Shown here: one piece after another, positions 59,800 to 64,000 of the stretch
Position numbering within the stretch: position 1 is the first letter of the stretch
Layout: the number at the start of each line of letters is the position of its first letter
From: Eledone cirrhosa
Taxonomy: Eukaryota
Assembly: GCA_964016885.1 (NCBI GenBank)
Contig: OZ024742.1
Location: 330,150,001 to 330,214,000, forward strand
Direction of reading: 5' to 3'
DNA length: 64,000 nt
Made by a program: the position numbers and the translations under genes
The notes under the pieces: model-generated
Databases searched by the model: none
What the model saw: only the letters and a program-made list of their open reading frames with translations
Told to the model about the DNA's origin: nothing

Positions 59800-60530
59800 T
59801 GTGTTGCTTGGTTTTTCATCGTAAACGATGATCACATCTCCTTTATTGTTGTTGCCGTCTACCGTGGGCACGAAGGTGGCTGTGGAGGCGGATTCTTGAC
59901 TTGCAGGTCCGGGGACAGTGGGGGCAGAGGAATAGACCTGAGTCAGACTGGCAACTCCCAGAGGTTAGCTCCACTTGTTACCTCCGCATCGTCCCTATCG
60001 CTGCAGGGCTTTGGAAGTTCACGTTAAAGAAGAAACCTGTGCGGGAAAGGTTTAGAGTGGGAGGGCCAGTGCACAATGACGGCCCCACCCACTCGGCCGC
60101 AGAAGCCAGAATCCGCTGGTACGGCGGACCGTCACGACCAGGGACTCCCTTGGCTGCAGTGTATGGCCACGACGTCTGTACTGCCTTGCCGTGCCCTTGC
60201 GCTCCACACCGCTTTACTGTCCCCGCCATCGTGACTGTTGGGACGATGTTGTCCTCCACCACTCACTCTGCCGGGCCCAGTCTTCGTATGCAAGGGCAGG
60301 CATCCCCTATCTTACTCAACGGGGGGTTTCAGACCCGTCCGGCTACCCTCAACCTGGTTCAACCCGCCAGCCAAGGCCGTTTACCGGTGTGTGGCCGCTG
60401 TCACATGCTACAGCTTCTTGGGGCGACAGGTGAGAGCTGAGTACAGGTGGGACGCACTGCAGGACGAGCTGTCCTGAAAAGGGCATGGCTAGCCAAAACA
60501 GAGGTACATGCCCCTCCCTGACACCCCAGG
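59800..60530 (-). mobile_element. Bipartite non-autonomous RTE derivative (GC-rich 5' region + zinc-finger 3' end)
   Basis: 59843-59941 encodes LFLCPHCPRTCKSRIRLHSHLRAHGRRQQQ*. The upstream ~570 bp is GC-rich with no RT or endonuclease. Confidence 0.7.
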
Positions 60531-60552
60531 CATACACGCATACACATACACA

Positions 60553-61357
60553 TCTATCTATCTGTATCTAAGGCGGGTAAAATTCCCGAGATCCATGGAC
60601 GAGTTCTCTCCAGCGTTCTCTGTCCCTCATTATCGCTGCCATATCCTGCATCTCCAACAGACCAGTGTCTGTCCTTAGGGCATCAACATATGTTAACCTT
60701 GGTCTTCCTCTTCTAGTGTGTCCATGTAGGGGCTCCCAAAGGAGCACTGAGTGCAATGTCAACTCTGGATGTCGGTGAGCATGTCCAGCCAACCTCAGTC
60801 TCCTCTGTGTCACTTTTGAGCTGACTTTTGGGATGCTCCCATACAGCTCTGAGTTTTTCATCATCAGTGTATACTGATTCATGTTCAGAGCCATCCTCAG
60901 CATTCTCGTGTAGCACCCATCCACCATCTGAGTGAGTCTCTTGGTCAGTGTCCAAGTCTCAGACCCATACAGCAGCACAGACTCCACTACAGCAATGAAG
61001 AGGCGGATTTTCAGGTCTCTACGAAGGTCCGACTTCCACACCGATATCAAGCTGTGACACGCCGCCCAGGCCTTGCTCTTCCTCTCAACCACATCATCTT
61101 CCGTATTCCCAATATTTGGGAACACATACACATGTACATGTTTATATACATATATACACACTTTTGGATAGCCGTTGACTCTTATGAGTTCTTCTGGCCT
61201 TTGTCAGGTTTTGATTTTTGTCCTGCAGTGTGTCCAAAATCACCCTCCTCACCAAGTAACCTTGGTGGGGTTGGCAGTTTGGTCGCTGACGACCCGACCA
61301 TGCGACAGGTTGTACTGGTTTACATGTTACCAGCAGCATTCAAGAGTGACCTGACAT
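60553..61357 (-). mobile_element. Bipartite RTE derivative (190-bp head + ORF2 C-terminus + TAGA tail)
   Basis: KAWAAC..VWKS..LKIRLF..VESVLLYGSETW..RLRLAGH..RRGRP..DR..W. Head shared with 30438. Confidence 0.8.
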
Positions 61358-61553
61358 AATGCTATGAATACTAGCAGTGGAAATGGGGAGGAGTAATGCA
61401 GTCATAGTCTGCAACGAGGACACGGACTTCGTATCATTCAAATAGCCGCTTACGTCCCTAAACTTACCAACAGTTATCTGAAAAATAGGAAGTTCAATCG
61501 CTTATAATGGATGCCGGTAGCACTTTCCTGTCTCTCGGTGGTTTTTGTCGATA

Positions 61554-61590
<37 letters not shown>

Positions 61591-62031
61591 TAAAATATGT
61601 TACCAAACTCTATTATTTATATCATAATTTAATTTCACCTATTAAACATATTTCCAGTCTTTATTTTTGAAAACGAATTTATTTATATGTTTATGTTTCA
61701 CCTTTCTAAAAGTTTAGCTCAAGCGGACAACTGTTAGGTGATCCTCATCGACCGTGAAATTTTGAAGTTTTCCCCCGGAAAGTCGTTTTTCCGATAAACA
61801 TTTGATATCTCTATATAATTTTCTCTTAAAGTAAAAGCTGGTTCAGACTTATTCTTGGTATTAGAAGGATAAGTGACAATAAGTATAGTGGGGAATGCAA
61901 TTTGCAAAGCTGGGAACAGGGCGCAGATAGAGGGAAAACACCTATTTTTCGCGGTGGGAGCAGAACTTTAACTTTCGGAAAATTACTAAGGGAAACCGTA
62001 CATGGTTGACAGCTGAGAGATATGTGTACTT

Positions 62032-63571
62032 ACTATTAAAGTTTCTTACTCTACGAATCCTAACCTTGCACATTACATCACAGCTTCAAATTTAGCTAAA
62101 CTACATAGCCGTAGGTACACGTGCAACCCTGTAGTTAGTACTAACTGTAATTGTAGGAATCGGGTTTATTGCCCCCTATCCGGGAAATGCCTCTCTAGCA
62201 ACATTGTCTACAAATGTAAGGTTGTACCACCCACGTCCCGTAGGGCCTACATAGGGTTAACCGCCAACAGTTTCAAGCAGCGTCTTTACATGCATACCCA
62301 TTCTTTTCGTTACCCTCTAAGAAGGAATATGACGTCACTTTCAGCTTATATCTGGAGTCTAAAAGACAACCACACCCAATATAAGTTACACTGGGAGATC
62401 CTAGCTAGGGCTAGATCGTATAACGGAAATAAAAGACCATGTGACTTCTGCGCCGCTGAAGACCTGGAAATACTCTACGCCACAGACCACATCTTAAACA
62501 AAAAATCTGAGGCAATTTCGGCTTGTAAACATAAATTGCACAAAACTTTCCTGTATTACAGCCCCACATTATACCCTAACGGATAGTACGATCTATACGT
62601 GGATATTTTACGTCTTGATGTGGGAGCTAAGTATATGTTTTGTTTATACCATTACTTATTTGCATAGGTAAGTATATATTACCCGTATGTTTTGTTAAGG
62701 TACGTATACCTTCTCGTACGTATATTTGATTGTTTATGTTACGGCGTATAATTTTATATATTCTGGTACATATGGTTTGGCTTTGTGTATACGGGAGTTT
62801 TGCGTCTGTGTGAGTATGCTGGTTCGTATGCATGTAGGGTGTGTGTATTTGTGTACTTCATGTTTTGGTTGACATACGTCTCCGAAGATTCGTGTATTTA
62901 CATGTAGGTATGTGTGTGCGCTTGTTATATACGTATTTATTTATTTATACACGTTTATATAATTATTTATATGTATACACGCATACACACGCACATATTT
63001 ATATGTGCGTGGTTTTGTATACCTATGGTAGGTGTTTTGCGTATGCTTGTGTATGTATGTATTTGTTTGCGTGTATGTATTTATTTATTTCTATTACTTC
63101 CGTATTGTATTTATTTACTTTGTTCTTAACTCTGTGGCGGAGATTCATTCGGTCTGCTAGTTAGCATTTTAGTCTACGACTTCTGCTATACCATTTACGT
63201 GGTTTTGTCTTTGCGTGCTATTGTTCTCCACGCTCCACATATGACGTATTATCTTCGTTCATTGCCAGAGAACGTCTCTATGAACCACCTAAGAGAACAT
63301 TAGTCTACGACCTCTTTTATACCATTAACATGGTTCTGTCTTTGCGCGTAATTGTTTTTCACAGCTCCCATTAATGACGTATTATATTCGTTTTTTCCCG
63401 TTCTTTGCCAGCGTACGTTTCCACGAACCAAAGTATCGTCTTCCTGTCTTCCTCCGGTTGCAACGTTTTTTGAAATATCCACTTCTGCGTTTACAGATTG
63501 ACTTTGTTAGTTTCAGAAGATCCCGCCAAGGGTGAAAGCAGCGATTATTTGCTTAAACTTTAATCTGTTAC

Positions 63572-63578
<7 letters not shown>
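62032..63578 (+). mobile_element. 5'-truncated Hydra-like PLE: GIY-YIG (62032-62586) + about 1-kb 3' UTR ending in (TA)n
   Basis: TIKVSYST..CNCR..CPLSGKCL..IVY..YIGLT..FKQR..H..SF..TSLSAYIW..W..CDFC..E..LNKKSE..CKH in one frame. Confidence 0.9.
63509..63559 (+). ncRNA. HHR-like motif with a U4A core (also 46977-47027 -, 40534-40584 -)
   Basis: AGTTT-CAGAAGA-tCCC gccaa GGGt-GAAA-GCAG..TTGC-TT-AAACT. Confidence 0.65.
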
Positions 63579-63631
<53 letters not shown>

Positions 63632-63637
<6 letters not shown>

Positions 63638-63865
63638 AGATCAAAAGATGGTTAAAGAAGTTCCATGTATTTTATTATGCGCATTTCAAAAACAAACATC
63701 ATCATGCAATAATATTTGTGTTTTCATCAGATAAAACAGGAGAACATGATATGAAGGCTAAAAAACACTTGTGGATAGTGCAGTTTTAAATCAACATACA
63801 AACTTTAGAGTGCTTCTTATCCAATATCTGCATTGCTTTATTGTACTACAATAAAACTCACCTCC

Positions 63866-63870
<5 letters not shown>
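63632..63870. mobile_element. Third copy of the 35.6-kb family, HHR at 63670-63736 (-), with an inverted 3'-terminal piece at 63808-63870
   Basis: Matches 35700-35867 directly and 35605-35670 inverted; TA on both sides. Confidence 0.85.
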
Positions 63871-63912
<42 letters not shown>

Positions 63913-64000
63913 AAATATATGTACATATATGATATGTGTATATATATATAGTTCTCCTTGCTTCCCTTTTATCATTGTATCTGTATATAAACAAGTACAT

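Noticed and set aside
59901-60440. 179-aa plus-strand GC-rich ORF as a host gene
   Set aside because: It is antisense to an RTE-derived element, and GC content explains the lack of stops.

Overview
Eukaryotic, AT-rich, almost entirely repeat-derived DNA. It is probably from an octopod cephalopod (inference from the SINE family and the microsatellite load). The only likely host gene is a minus-strand exon running off the left edge (399 to <1). Recognisable elements: a near-intact R4/Dong-type RLE non-LTR retrotransposon, a tandem non-autonomous Helitron dimer, a decayed RTE LINE, three bipartite RTE derivatives, tRNA-derived SINEs, and at least four coding Penelope-like element (PLE) families, one with an uninterrupted RT + GIY-YIG ORF. 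The main signal is roughly 30 type I hammerhead-ribozyme (HHR) motifs in about 15 families, folded by eye. Most lie in PLE pseudo-LTRs or in short non-coding retrozyme-like units inserted into (TA)n tracts as head-to-head fold-back dimers. Their 3' ends repeatedly fall at internal TA-like microhomologies. Several HHRs have non-canonical cores (U3-A8 swap, U4A, U4C) or greatly expanded stem II. Most short ORFs in the supplied track are microsatellite artefacts. Repeat boundaries are approximate, and no ribozyme activity has been tested.
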